DNA of 25,861 bases from an uncultured archaeon. Lineage in GTDB: Archaea > Aenigmatarchaeota > Aenigmatarchaeia > QMZP01. The stretch's first letter is position 1. Each line of letters starts with the position of its first letter. The position numbers were made by a program, and so were the translations under genes. Shown one piece after another: positions 15,837 through 25,230 of the stretch. The stretch is taken from positions 1 through 25,861 of the forward strand of contig CAYUWT010000001.1 in assembly GCA_964448625.1 (NCBI GenBank), in the 5' to 3' direction. The notes beneath the pieces were generated by a model. It saw only the letters and a list, made by a program, of their open reading frames with translations. It did not search any database and had not been told where the DNA came from.

Positions 15837-15878
15837 AGTTCAGTGCAAATTCTTAATACCTCCCCCCCAAAATATGCT

Positions 15879-17159
15879 ATGCTCATAAAGAACTGCCGCT
15901 TCGTTGTCACTCCACAAACCGTTCTTGAAAATTCAGATATTCTGATAGCGGGGGATAGAATTGCACAAGTGGGGAAAAACCTGAAAAAGGAGAACGGGGA
16001 TGGCATGGAGATAGAAGGAAGCAAAAGGCTTGCAATGCCTGGTCTGATCAACACGCACACCCATGCAGCGATGGCTTTGTTCCGCGGCGCAGGGGATGAT
16101 ATGGAGCTGATGAAATGGCTTTCCTCGCGCATATGGCCCATGGAGGCAAAACTGGCAGCGGAGGATGTTTATGCGGGAGGCATGCTGGCGGCGCTTGAGA
16201 TGGTGAAGAGCGGGACGACAACGTTCTGTGACATGTATTACTGCATGGATGAGATGGCAAGGGTGTGCCGCGAGATTGGGATAAGGGGTTACCTTTCCTA
16301 TGCGATAATAAACAGGGAGATATCAAAAGAGCCCGGAGACCCTGTTGGCAACTGCAAAAAATTCATAAAAAGATATCAGAAAGACCCTCTTGTTTTCCCT
16401 GTAGCAGGGCCGCATGCAATTTATACAAATTCGGAAGATTCCCTGAGGAGAGTGGCGGAATTATGCAGGGAAACAAAAACCCTTGCGCACATCCACCTGA
16501 GCGAAACCAAAGGCGAGGTCGAAAACTGTATAAAGCACACAGGAAAAAGGCCCGCGCAATATCTGGACTCACTTGGTTTTTTCGATGTGCCAGCACTAGC
16601 TGCGCACTGCATATGGCTTGATCCGGCTGAGATAAGCCTCCTCTCAAAGAAGAATGTTTCAATAGCCCACAACCCCGTATCCAACATGAAGCTTGCCAGC
16701 GGAATAATGCCCCTCAAAAAAATCCAGCAGGCGAGAGTGAACATTTCCCTCGGGACAGACGGCGCTGCAAGCAACAACTCGCTTGACATGTTCGAGACCG
16801 TGAAAATAACAGCCTTGCTGCACAAGGTCACTGACATGGATGCTGAGGCCACGAAGGCTGCCGGCATACTGAAGATGGCAACAGCTAACGGCGGGAAAGC
16901 CCTGAACAGCCCCCTGCTCGGGAAGATTGAGAAAGGCTGCGCTGCTGATGTTATATTGCTTGATATAAACAAGGAGCATTGGACTCCATTCTACAGCCCT
17001 GTTTCAAACCTTGTTTACAGCTGTAAATCAACCGATGTTTCCCACTCTATAATCAACGGAAGGCTTGTGATGGAAAACAGGGAGCTTTTGACCGCTGATG
17101 GGGACAAAATAATTTCAAACGCAATGAAGGCCGCGGAAAAGTTCAGGAGGGCTTTCTGA
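15879..17159 (+). CDS. amidohydrolase, MTA/SAH deaminase (MtaD/DadD)-like
   Basis: INTHTH, GPHAIYT, HIHLSET, AAHC, GTDGAASNN; ATG 15879 lies 27 nt after CTTAATA. Confidence 0.85.
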   Translation: MLIKNCRFVVTPQTVLENSDILIAGDRIAQVGKNLKKENGDGMEIEGSKRLAMPGLINTHTHAAMALFRGAGDDMELMKWLSSRIWPMEAKLAAEDVYAGGMLAALEMVKSGTTTFCDMYYCMDEMARVCREIGIRGYLSYAIINREISKEPGDPVGNCKKFIKRYQKDPLVFPVAGPHAIYTNSEDSLRRVAELCRETKTLAHIHLSETKGEVENCIKHTGKRPAQYLDSLGFFDVPALAAHCIWLDPAEISLLSKKNVSIAHNPVSNMKLASGIMPLKKIQQARVNISLGTDGAASNNSLDMFETVKITALLHKVTDMDAEATKAAGILKMATANGGKALNSPLLGKIEKGCAADVILLDINKEHWTPFYSPVSNLVYSCKSTDVSHSIINGRLVMENRELLTADGDKIISNAMKAAEKFRRAF

Positions 17160-17170
17160 AAAACAGGCTT

Positions 17171-18106
17171 ATGAAAGCGATTAATATCCGCAGCTGCGGA
17201 GGGCCTGAAGTTCTGGAATACACCGATGTTCCAAAAACAAAAACTTCAAAAGGCGAAACCCTTGTAAAAACAGAGTTCTCAGGAATAAACTATATAGACA
17301 TATACCACCGCACCGGCCTTTATCCCCTTGCGCTTCCTTTCATCCCCGGGCTTGAGGCTGCCGGCACATTGGAAAACGGGGATAGGGTCGCATATGCGGC
17401 GCAGCTTGGCTCATATGCGGAGTATTGCTCTGTGCCTTCATGGAAGCTTGTCAAAATACCTGATTCTATAAGCACGGAGCATGCTGCAGCCCTTATGCTG
17501 CAGGGCATGACTGCTCATTACCTTTCACACAGCACCCATAATATTAGGAAAGAGGAAACGGTTTTGATACACGCAGCCGCAGGAGGGGTAGGCTTGCTGC
17601 TTGTCCAGATTGCAAAAATGAAAGGCGCTGAAGTGATAGGGACTGTTTCAGCAAGGGAGAAGGCGGCGCTTGCAAAAAATGCAGGGGCTGATTATGCAAT
17701 CATTTATACGGAAGATGATTTTGAGGAGGAAACGAAAAAAATAACAGAAGAAAAAGGCGTTGATGTTGTATATGATTCTGTGGGCAAATCAACCTTTCTC
17801 AAAAGCCTCCGCTGCCTTAAAACAAGAGGCCATATGGTCTCCTTCGGCCAGTCAGGCGGACCTGTCCAGCCTCTGGATATCCGCCTCCTTTCGGAAAGCT
17901 CCCTTACACTCACAAGGCCCAGGCTTTCGGATTACTGCGCAACAAGGGGGGAGCTTTTATCCAGAGCGGAAAGCCTCTTTGAATGGGTATCCTCAGGGGA
18001 AATAAAGCTGCACATATACAAAAAGTTCAGGCTGGAAAAAGCAGGCGAAGCGCACAGGGAGCTTGAGTCGCGCAAAACAGCGGGCAAGCTGCTGCTTATC
18101 CCGTGA
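17171..18106 (+). CDS. qor: NADPH:quinone oxidoreductase (zeta-crystallin/Qor, MDR family)
   Basis: GINYID, PFIPGLEAAG, IHAAAGGVG, VVYDSVG, ELESRKTAGKLLL. Confidence 0.9.
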   Translation: MKAINIRSCGGPEVLEYTDVPKTKTSKGETLVKTEFSGINYIDIYHRTGLYPLALPFIPGLEAAGTLENGDRVAYAAQLGSYAEYCSVPSWKLVKIPDSISTEHAAALMLQGMTAHYLSHSTHNIRKEETVLIHAAAGGVGLLLVQIAKMKGAEVIGTVSAREKAALAKNAGADYAIIYTEDDFEEETKKITEEKGVDVVYDSVGKSTFLKSLRCLKTRGHMVSFGQSGGPVQPLDIRLLSESSLTLTRPRLSDYCATRGELLSRAESLFEWVSSGEIKLHIYKKFRLEKAGEAHRELESRKTAGKLLLIP

Positions 18107-18296
18107 TTTCCCTTCTCAGCGGCAGAAACCTCAATGAATTCTCATATGGCTGTGGATAATCGCTGAGAGGGGCGCCGCAGTGCATGCAATGCTTATCTGC
18201 TGCCTGGGAATACTCATCGCATACCCAGCAGTAGGCCATTTCTGCCGGTTCCGTGTCCCGCCTCCTTTTTCTCGGCTTTTTCCGCGGCTTCTTCAT
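18096..18296 (-). CDS. small zinc-ribbon protein with a very basic N-terminus
   Basis: KKPRKKPRKRRR then CWVC...CMHCG; 4-bp overlap with the VanZ-family gene. Confidence 0.6.
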   Translation of the reverse strand: MKKPRKKPRKRRRDTEPAEMAYCWVCDEYSQAADKHCMHCGAPLSDYPQPYENSLRFLPLRREITG

Positions 18297-18667
18297 AGCT
18301 GATTTTTGGGAGAAAGGCTTTTATTCCTTCCCATTACGGCCGCAAACCCCGCAACCCCTATCCCGGCAGCGTCCGCCATGAAATCAAATATGCTCGCCTC
18401 CCTCAGCGGGACAAAAGACTGGTGCACCTCATCAAGCAGGGCATAGGAGAGCGCAAAAAGGAGGGAGAATAGAATGCTTCTCCTGTTGCTTGGGGCCGTG
18501 GCTTTGAAAACGAGGAAGCCGAAAACGAAGAACTCCGCGAAATGGACGGTCTTGTCGCTGTATGCGGGGCCTGCAGGCTGCGCGCTGCCCGGGACCGAGG
18601 AGCCGTAAAAGATGAGCGCGGCATAAACGGCAAGAACAGCCATCCAGAAAGTCTTCACGTTGTTCAT
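18293..18667 (-). CDS. VanZ family membrane protein
   Basis: DKTVHFAEF, YALLDEVHQSFVPLREASIFDFMAD. Confidence 0.88.
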   Translation of the reverse strand: MNNVKTFWMAVLAVYAALIFYGSSVPGSAQPAGPAYSDKTVHFAEFFVFGFLVFKATAPSNRRSILFSLLFALSYALLDEVHQSFVPLREASIFDFMADAAGIGVAGFAAVMGRNKSLSPKNQL

Positions 18668-19386
18668 GAAATCTCCACCTTGTCACCAACCTTCAATCCC
18701 ATTTCCCTGCTTGCCTCTCTGTTTTTGCATGCTATCTCCAGCGTCCCTGCGCTTCCCTCTGTCAAAAAAGTCTCCTCCTTCGCCTCTTCATAATTTTCAT
18801 AAAAATTCAGCGTTTTTTCCCCTTTCCCCGTTTTCAAAATATACTGCCTGCTCCCTTTGACAGGGGGTATGTTTGTCACAATGTTCCCGAATTTATCTAT
18901 CCTCACTATTTCCCCCTCCCTCCCATCAAGATAAAACTCCAGCTTTTCCATCTCCTTTGCCTCCCTCCCGTTGATATCTCTGCCCATATCAATCCCCGCA
19001 GCAGACGGAGCAAAAACATCCCTCCCGTGGAATATTTTTGCTGCATCTTTCGCTATTACCAGCTCTATTATTTTCTCAATACCATCCTCCCTGGCAGCAG
19101 GGTACATTAAACCATTGTCCGGCCCCACAAACCAGTAATTTTTTGTTTTCACAGCTATAGCTTTCCTTTCACCTCCAACCCCCGGGTCCACAACGCAGAG
19201 GAAAACAGCGCCTCTTGGAAAGTGGATATAACTTCTCAGCAATATCCACGCCCCCTCTTTTATATTATGGCTCTCTATGCTGTTGCACAGATCAGAAACA
19301 ACCGCCTTCGGATTCACGCTGTAAATGACCCCCTTCATTTCCCCGAGGTATTCCGAGTCCCCGAAGTCCGAAAGAACTGCTATCAT
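18664..19386 (-). CDS. SAM hydroxide adenosyltransferase (DUF62, chlorinase/fluorinase family)
   Basis: LSDFG, MKGVI, VVDPGVG, VGPDNG, FHGRDVFAP, IDKFGN. Confidence 0.92.
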   Translation of the reverse strand: MIAVLSDFGDSEYLGEMKGVIYSVNPKAVVSDLCNSIESHNIKEGAWILLRSYIHFPRGAVFLCVVDPGVGGERKAIAVKTKNYWFVGPDNGLMYPAAREDGIEKIIELVIAKDAAKIFHGRDVFAPSAAGIDMGRDINGREAKEMEKLEFYLDGREGEIVRIDKFGNIVTNIPPVKGSRQYILKTGKGEKTLNFYENYEEAKEETFLTEGSAGTLEIACKNREASREMGLKVGDKVEIS

Positions 19387-19437
19387 AAGAAGATTTTGAC
19401 AGGCGTATTTGAATATGTTTTTTCAATATTGAACATA

Positions 19438-20166
19438 ATGAAGCTGAAACCCCTCCACCATTATGCGAGGAACCCCTACCATTCGATGATTTTCCTGCTC
19501 GCAGCGAACGCTCTTACCGGCATTTTTTTCTGGAAGCTCCCTCTTTTCAGCTATCTTATCCACATTATCCTCACCTCGGTTTCAGCCCCTGCTTTTGATC
19601 TGGCTGGCAATTACCTTAAATCCAAAAAGCTCCTTTTCCCGAAATCAGGCCTCATTACGGGGCTTATACTTGCGAACATAACCTCACCCTCCCAACTTCA
19701 TATAGCCCTCCTCGCCTCTCTTGCCGCCATAGCCAGCAAGCACATCGTTAAATTAAACAGGAGGCACATATTCAACCCCGCAGCCTCCGGAGCCCTTATT
19801 GCAGGCTTTTTAGGACTCGGTGTCTCATGGTGGGCCGCCAACCCTTTCTCATTCCTCTTCATCTATCCCGCCCTGCTTGCAAGAAGGCTTTACATGGCCC
19901 TTTCTTTCTTTGCTTTGTGGCTTGCGTTCCACTTTGCCTCCTCAGGCGAGCTCCATATACTTAACTGGAGCCTCGCATTTTTTGCTTTCGCGATGGCCAC
20001 TGACCCCGCGACCATCCCCGTGCCGAAGAAGGCGCAGATGGCAGGAGGTTTCCTTCTTGCAATTCTGGTTACACTGCTCTCGATGCAATTCGAAGATACA
20101 GCCTTCCTTGCAGGCTTATTGGCTGTAAATGCTTTCAAAAGGCTTTTTGACAGCAGGCTGAAATAG
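19438..20166 (+). CDS. stand-alone RnfD/NqrB-like membrane protein
   Basis: SGLITGLIL, SKH...RHIFNPAA, FAMATDPAT; very hydrophobic; start inferred at ATG 19438. Confidence 0.7.
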   Translation: MKLKPLHHYARNPYHSMIFLLAANALTGIFFWKLPLFSYLIHIILTSVSAPAFDLAGNYLKSKKLLFPKSGLITGLILANITSPSQLHIALLASLAAIASKHIVKLNRRHIFNPAASGALIAGFLGLGVSWWAANPFSFLFIYPALLARRLYMALSFFALWLAFHFASSGELHILNWSLAFFAFAMATDPATIPVPKKAQMAGGFLLAILVTLLSMQFEDTAFLAGLLAVNAFKRLFDSRLK

Positions 20167-20209
20167 AGAGCATGAGCTCCATTTATGAAGCTAAGCCCTG
20201 AATAAACCT

Positions 20210-20755
20210 ATGAGCCTTGAACAGCCGTTGGTCCAGAGGCCTCAGCCGACGGAAAGGGATGTTGCCCTTATTGTGAGACAGTACACTTTGTGCACCAGCC
20301 TGCTGGAGGAGCTGTTCAAGCTTGCCCCTGATGAGTGCTGGACTTTTGACGGAGTCGGCTGCTGCGCCTCTGCCACAAAAACGCTGGTGGAAAAGGGACT
20401 GCAGGGACCGGCATATGAGACCCTTATGCGGCTGCGCGGGCAGCGCTCCGAGAGCTATGGCCATCTCCCCCGGGACATAGAAGAAGCATGCCCCTATCAT
20501 ACGGAGCAGGGCTGCGTTCTTGGGGAGCTTAAATCCCCTCTCTGCATATCCCATTACTGCAGGGGAAAAATAGAAGGTGTTTTTGATTCGGATTATGTTT
20601 ATGATACGCTAAAACGCATTCTTGAGGGCAACCTTGACCCGGAAACAGGGCTATATCACCCTGAGAAAAACTGGAAAATTGTTCTGGAGCTGAGGAGATA
20701 TGTTAAAGAGCTTATCTTCCAGCTTGAGTACAGACCGGGCTGTTTACGGAAGTGA
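20210..20755 (+). CDS. Cys-cluster protein (YkgJ-like, putative Zn/Fe-S binding)
   Basis: C...CW...GCC and CPY....GC.L...KSPLC..HYC; TTTATG 28 nt upstream. Confidence 0.55.
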   Translation: MSLEQPLVQRPQPTERDVALIVRQYTLCTSLLEELFKLAPDECWTFDGVGCCASATKTLVEKGLQGPAYETLMRLRGQRSESYGHLPRDIEEACPYHTEQGCVLGELKSPLCISHYCRGKIEGVFDSDYVYDTLKRILEGNLDPETGLYHPEKNWKIVLELRRYVKELIFQLEYRPGCLRK

Positions 20756-20822
20756 TTGCTTACCGGCCCTTGCGGCCCCCCGCCTCCAAAACAGTTTTTA
20801 TGCCCTCCGCCCAATTGAAAGC

Positions 20823-21515
20823 ATGGAAGCGGTCAAAGTCAACATATCAGATTTCGCCTCGGGCATAGGCTACTGCCAGTACCTTGTTGTAAACAAATAC
20901 CACCTTAACCTGAGGCCAAAGGAAACCATTTTCCTCCAGAAAGGCAGGATGGCCCATAAAACACTTGAGGAGGAAGACAAGCTTGTCCCGAGGAGGGAAG
21001 CGACAAAAGAGGAGCTCATGGACCCGTTCTTCCCGCTTGATTTCACGCGCGAGGGCGTGCAGGTTTCCATAGAAAGGGAGAACATGAACCTGTTCCGCTA
21101 TGTGGGCAGGACAGACAAGATAATAAGGGCCAACGGCTCTGTGATAATACTCGACGACAAGGTCATTTCAACCGGCATACCGAGGGAAAGCGTTTACCCG
21201 GACAGGCTGATACAGCTGTCCGCCTACTGCGAGGGTTTCATAAGGAATTATTCCCACATGCTCGCTTTCAATGAGATATGCTTCAAGATAGTCCAGAGGA
21301 ATCCGGATAACGAGATACTCAAGGAAACCATGTTCTCCTTTGATGAGGAGGCGCGGGAACTCCTTCAAAAGAGCTTCACGCTTTTCGAGTCCCTTTACAA
21401 CAAAACCGCCCAGCCACAGCACCACAACAACCCCAACAAGTGCAGGGCCTGCAGGTATTTTGACTGCTGCCAGTGGAGGCTTGTAAACCCTACTTTTGGG
21501 CCCAATGTTGCTTAA
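20823..21515 (+). CDS. solo Cas4-like PD-(D/E)xK nuclease with Fe-S cysteines
   Basis: N-terminal GYCQY, GRMAH, GRTD, ILDDK, QLSAY, C-terminal KCRACRYFDCC; TTTTATG 27 nt before ATG 20823. Confidence 0.8.
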   Translation: MEAVKVNISDFASGIGYCQYLVVNKYHLNLRPKETIFLQKGRMAHKTLEEEDKLVPRREATKEELMDPFFPLDFTREGVQVSIERENMNLFRYVGRTDKIIRANGSVIILDDKVISTGIPRESVYPDRLIQLSAYCEGFIRNYSHMLAFNEICFKIVQRNPDNEILKETMFSFDEEARELLQKSFTLFESLYNKTAQPQHHNNPNKCRACRYFDCCQWRLVNPTFGPNVA

Positions 21516-21732
21516 CGCCTTCTATGAGAACCGTTTTGTTCCTACTTGCCGACCCGGATTTTATATGGATCTGGCCCGGCGTGACACCGAAATGCCTTGC
21601 CAGCGTTAATACAAGCTCCCTGTTGGCCTTTCCTCCCTCCGCACGGCCTTTCAGGTAAACTTTCAAAGAGCCCTCCTTTCCGGCAACTTCAGACCTCCCC
21701 GAGGATGGGAAGGCTTTCACAGAGATGAGCAT
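21490..21732 (-). CDS. DUF167 (YggU/UPF0235) family protein
   Basis: LKVYLK..AEGGKAN.EL...LA..F.V....I.IKSG..SRNK. Confidence 0.9.
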   Translation of the reverse strand: MLISVKAFPSSGRSEVAGKEGSLKVYLKGRAEGGKANRELVLTLARHFGVTPGQIHIKSGSASRNKTVLIEGVKQHWAQK

Positions 21733-21763
21733 GGTTTAATATCGCATCCCTTCCATTTATGTT

Positions 21764-22264
21764 ATGCGCCCTGCATCTAAATTAAAGCTGTCTGTAATAT
21801 TGATTGTGCTCTGCATCGGGATACTCTACGGCGTGCTTCATTTCCTTCAGGGCATGCAGGGCAAGATCGCAGGCGAGCAGAAGGAAAAGAGATTCACCCC
21901 AGTCTCCTTCCCATCCTCCCCAAAAGCCCCCCAGATAAAAGCCGAGATAGCAGATACAACACTTACCCGCATGATAGGGCTCATGAACCGCACAGCTCTC
22001 GGGGAAAATGAAGGCATGCTGTTCGTTTTCGAGAGGCCCCAGAGGCTCTCCTTCTGGATGAAGGACACTCTGATACCGCTAGATATGATTTTCATAGGAG
22101 AAGACAAAAAGGTGATTAACATAGAAAGCGCAGAGCCCTGCACATCCTTAATCTGTCCCCGGTATTCATCTGAAGGCGAAGCGCAGTATGTTGTGGAAGT
22201 GAATGGCGGATTTGCAAAGAAATACGGGCTGAAGGCGGGGGACATGGCCGAATTCCAGGCGTGA
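21764..22264 (+). CDS. DUF192 family protein with N-terminal membrane anchor
   Basis: GLMNR...GMLFVF...SFWMKDTLIPLDMIFI; VVEVNGG. Confidence 0.9.
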   Translation: MRPASKLKLSVILIVLCIGILYGVLHFLQGMQGKIAGEQKEKRFTPVSFPSSPKAPQIKAEIADTTLTRMIGLMNRTALGENEGMLFVFERPQRLSFWMKDTLIPLDMIFIGEDKKVINIESAEPCTSLICPRYSSEGEAQYVVEVNGGFAKKYGLKAGDMAEFQA

Positions 22265-22305
22265 GGCCGATTGATTCTATTTAAGCCAGACATTTAACTT
22301 TCAAT

Positions 22306-23019
22306 ATGAGGCTCGAGGGGAAAACAGCTTTGATTACAGGAGGTGCAAGCGGCATAGGCAAAGCCATAGGGCAGCGCTTCGCGGAGGAGGGGGCCCATGT
22401 GATAATCTTCGACACGCAGAAGCCTTATCACAGCGGCTCATATTACAGGGCTGACATAACGAAAGAGGAGCAGATACAGCAAGCGATGAATGATGTCAAG
22501 AAGCTGGACATACTGGTCAACAATGCCGGAGTCTATTTCGAGGCTTCCGTGGAGAACACAAAAAAAGAAGACCTTGACAATGTGTTTGCCGTGAACATAA
22601 AAGGCATGTTCCTCATGTGCAAGCACTCACTGCCCCTCCTGAAAAACTCGAAAGGCTGCATAATCAACATAGCCTCCTCTCTTGGGGTTGTCCCGGATCC
22701 ATTAAGCGCGGCATACTGCTCCACAAAGGCAGGTGTGATAATGCTGACAAGGTGTCTCGCGCTTGAATACGCTTCTGTTGGTTTGAGGGTAAATGCTATA
22801 CTGCCCGGCCCCATAGACACACCGATGCTCAGGAGATATTATCCTACTGAAAAGCAGATAGAGGAATATGCGAAGCTGAACCCCATGAAGAGGGTGGGAA
22901 AGCCTGAGGAGGTGGCCAATGTTGCCTTGTTCCTCGCTTCTGAAGCGGCAGGCTATGTTACAGGCGGGCTTTATGCGGTAGACGGCGGGGAGTCTGCCGC
23001 GAGCGCTTATTCCTTATAA
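22306..23019 (+). CDS. short-chain dehydrogenase/reductase (SDR)
   Basis: TGGASGIG, NNAG, YCSTK, PGPIDT, VDGG. Confidence 0.95.
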   Translation: MRLEGKTALITGGASGIGKAIGQRFAEEGAHVIIFDTQKPYHSGSYYRADITKEEQIQQAMNDVKKLDILVNNAGVYFEASVENTKKEDLDNVFAVNIKGMFLMCKHSLPLLKNSKGCIINIASSLGVVPDPLSAAYCSTKAGVIMLTRCLALEYASVGLRVNAILPGPIDTPMLRRYYPTEKQIEEYAKLNPMKRVGKPEEVANVALFLASEAAGYVTGGLYAVDGGESAASAYSL

Positions 23020-23061
23020 ATTCCTCAATTCCCATTTAAACCACCACACGAACCATTTACA

Positions 23062-24432
23062 ATGACCGCAATAAACCCCAGCATATTCCGCGCTTACGAT
23101 ATAAGGGGCAGATACCCTGATGAGTTGAACGAAGAAGCAGCCTACAGCATAGGGCTTGCCTACGGGACACTTCTGAAGAATGCCAAGAAAGTGGCAGTGA
23201 GCCACGATGGAAGGAAGGGCAGCCTTGCGATAAAAGGAAAGCTTATCGAAGGCCTTATCGGCACCGGGAAGAATGTGGTTGACATTGGCCTTGCGCCCAC
23301 GCCTGTACTTTATTTCACAATCTGCCACATTAAACTGGACGGTGGCATTTCAATAACAGGCTCGCACAACCCTCCTGAATACACGGGTTTGAAGCTGCAA
23401 AAAAGGAATGCCGGGCCGATAACAGGGGAGGGAGGCATATATGAGATGAGGGATATGATAGTTGAGGAAAGGCTTACTGAAGCAAAGAATAAGGGGAGGA
23501 TAACTGAAAGAACAATAGCAGAAAATTACATTGATTATATTGCTTCAAAAACGAAGCTCAAGAAAAGGCTGAAAATAATAATCGATTCAGGCAACGGCAG
23601 CGCTACCGATATACCGAGGAGGATTTTTGAAAAATCAGGCTGCGAGGTTATAAGCCCTTTTGAAAACCTCGATACAAGCTACCCAAACCACATGCCAGAC
23701 CCACATGACTACAAAAACATGAAGCACCTGCAGCAAACAGTCCTTAAAGAAAGAGCTGATATGGGCTTTGCTTTTGACGGGGATGCTGACAGGGTGGGGA
23801 TGGTTGACAATAAGGGGAGGATAGTTGATGCAGACAGGCTTTTGATTATGCTCGCGAGGCATGCTCTTTCCAAAAGGAAAGGGGATGTTGTGGTGGAAGT
23901 AAGGACATCAAGCACGGTTATAAATGACATTAAGAAGCATGGCGGCAGCCCTGTTATGACACGCTCCGGGCATTCCTACCTGCTTGAGGAGATAATGAGA
24001 AGGAAAGCCGTTTTCGGAGGGGAGGTGACAGGCCACATGTATTTCCCGGAGGAGTATTACCCTTATGATGACGGTATATTCATTGCAACAGTTCTTGCAA
24101 GAATCGCCTCCTCTGTTCCTGATTTTTCAGAATATGTTGATTCCCTTCCAGAGGCTTTTGCCTCCCCTGAAATAGAGATACCATGCGCTGACAATGAAAA
24201 ATTCCATAAAATAGAGAGCCTCATAAAAATCCTGAGGAAAGAGGGATACGACTTTCTCGGTATAGACGGCGCACGCATAAGCTTTGAAAAAGGCTGGTGC
24301 CTCATAAGGGCCAGCAACACAACCCCCTCCATAAAGTGCCGCGCCGAAGGTGATTCGGAAAAGGCCCTCAGGGAAATATTGTCAAAGCTCAATGAACTGC
24401 TGGGCAGGATAGGACTCAAAGCACACTTATAA
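23062..24432 (+). CDS. phosphomannomutase/phosphoglucomutase
   Basis: FRAYDIRG, TGSHNP, FDGDADR, GEVTGH, RASNT. Confidence 0.95.
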   Translation: MTAINPSIFRAYDIRGRYPDELNEEAAYSIGLAYGTLLKNAKKVAVSHDGRKGSLAIKGKLIEGLIGTGKNVVDIGLAPTPVLYFTICHIKLDGGISITGSHNPPEYTGLKLQKRNAGPITGEGGIYEMRDMIVEERLTEAKNKGRITERTIAENYIDYIASKTKLKKRLKIIIDSGNGSATDIPRRIFEKSGCEVISPFENLDTSYPNHMPDPHDYKNMKHLQQTVLKERADMGFAFDGDADRVGMVDNKGRIVDADRLLIMLARHALSKRKGDVVVEVRTSSTVINDIKKHGGSPVMTRSGHSYLLEEIMRRKAVFGGEVTGHMYFPEEYYPYDDGIFIATVLARIASSVPDFSEYVDSLPEAFASPEIEIPCADNEKFHKIESLIKILRKEGYDFLGIDGARISFEKGWCLIRASNTTPSIKCRAEGDSEKALREILSKLNELLGRIGLKAHL

Positions 24433-24453
24433 ATAACCCGCACTATTAGGCAT

Positions 24454-25188
24454 ATGGCAGAAAGCAGGCAGGAGCGGAGGCGCAGGGAAAGGCTTGAAGG
24501 AGGCGGGGAGGGAAAAAGACCTCTCATGCATTCCTCAGGAGGCGGGAAAAAGCCCATATTCATCATAATCATATTGGCAATAGTTGCAATAATTGCTTTC
24601 GCTGCAACAAACTATCTCAGCGCGCAGCAAGCCGGTCCCTATAACCCAGCAGCAAACGGCCCGCAGATAGATGTCGGGGAGCAGTCGAGGGGGAACATTA
24701 ACGCAACCGTGACAATAACAGAATACTCGGATTTCGAATGCCCGTTCTGCGCAAAGTTCTTCAGCAACGCATACCGGCAGCTCAAGTCCGAATACATTGA
24801 TACCGGCAAAGTGAGACTAATCTACAAGCAGTACCCGCTTGTGAACACGCACAAGCAGTCTCTGGGGGCCGCTGTGGCTGCCCTATGCGCAGCCGACCAG
24901 GGCAAGTTCTGGGAGTACCATGACCTGCTGTTCATAAACCAGCCCAGGTTCAGCCGTGTAGCCCTTGAAAGCTATGCAGCCCAGCTGGGTCTCGGTATGC
25001 AGAAATTCAATCAGTGCCTTGATGATGGGGCTACCCTCGGGCAGGTGAAGCGTGAGATTTCAGAGGGCAACGCTGCAGGTGTAGATGGAACCCCTTTCTT
25101 CCTTGTGAACGGCCAAAAGATTTCAGGCGCGCAGCCCATTGAAGCTTTCAGGATTGTGATAGAAGGCGAGCTTTCAAAGATGCAGTAA
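24454..25188 (+). CDS. membrane-anchored DsbA/thioredoxin-fold oxidoreductase
   Basis: TM helix, EYSDFECPFC, GKFWEYHDLLF, GVDGTP. Confidence 0.92.
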   Translation: MAESRQERRRRERLEGGGEGKRPLMHSSGGGKKPIFIIIILAIVAIIAFAATNYLSAQQAGPYNPAANGPQIDVGEQSRGNINATVTITEYSDFECPFCAKFFSNAYRQLKSEYIDTGKVRLIYKQYPLVNTHKQSLGAAVAALCAADQGKFWEYHDLLFINQPRFSRVALESYAAQLGLGMQKFNQCLDDGATLGQVKREISEGNAAGVDGTPFFLVNGQKISGAQPIEAFRIVIEGELSKMQ

Positions 25189-25230
25189 AGCGTGAGGAAT
25201 TACTTATAGCCCAGCTCAGAAAAGGAATAT

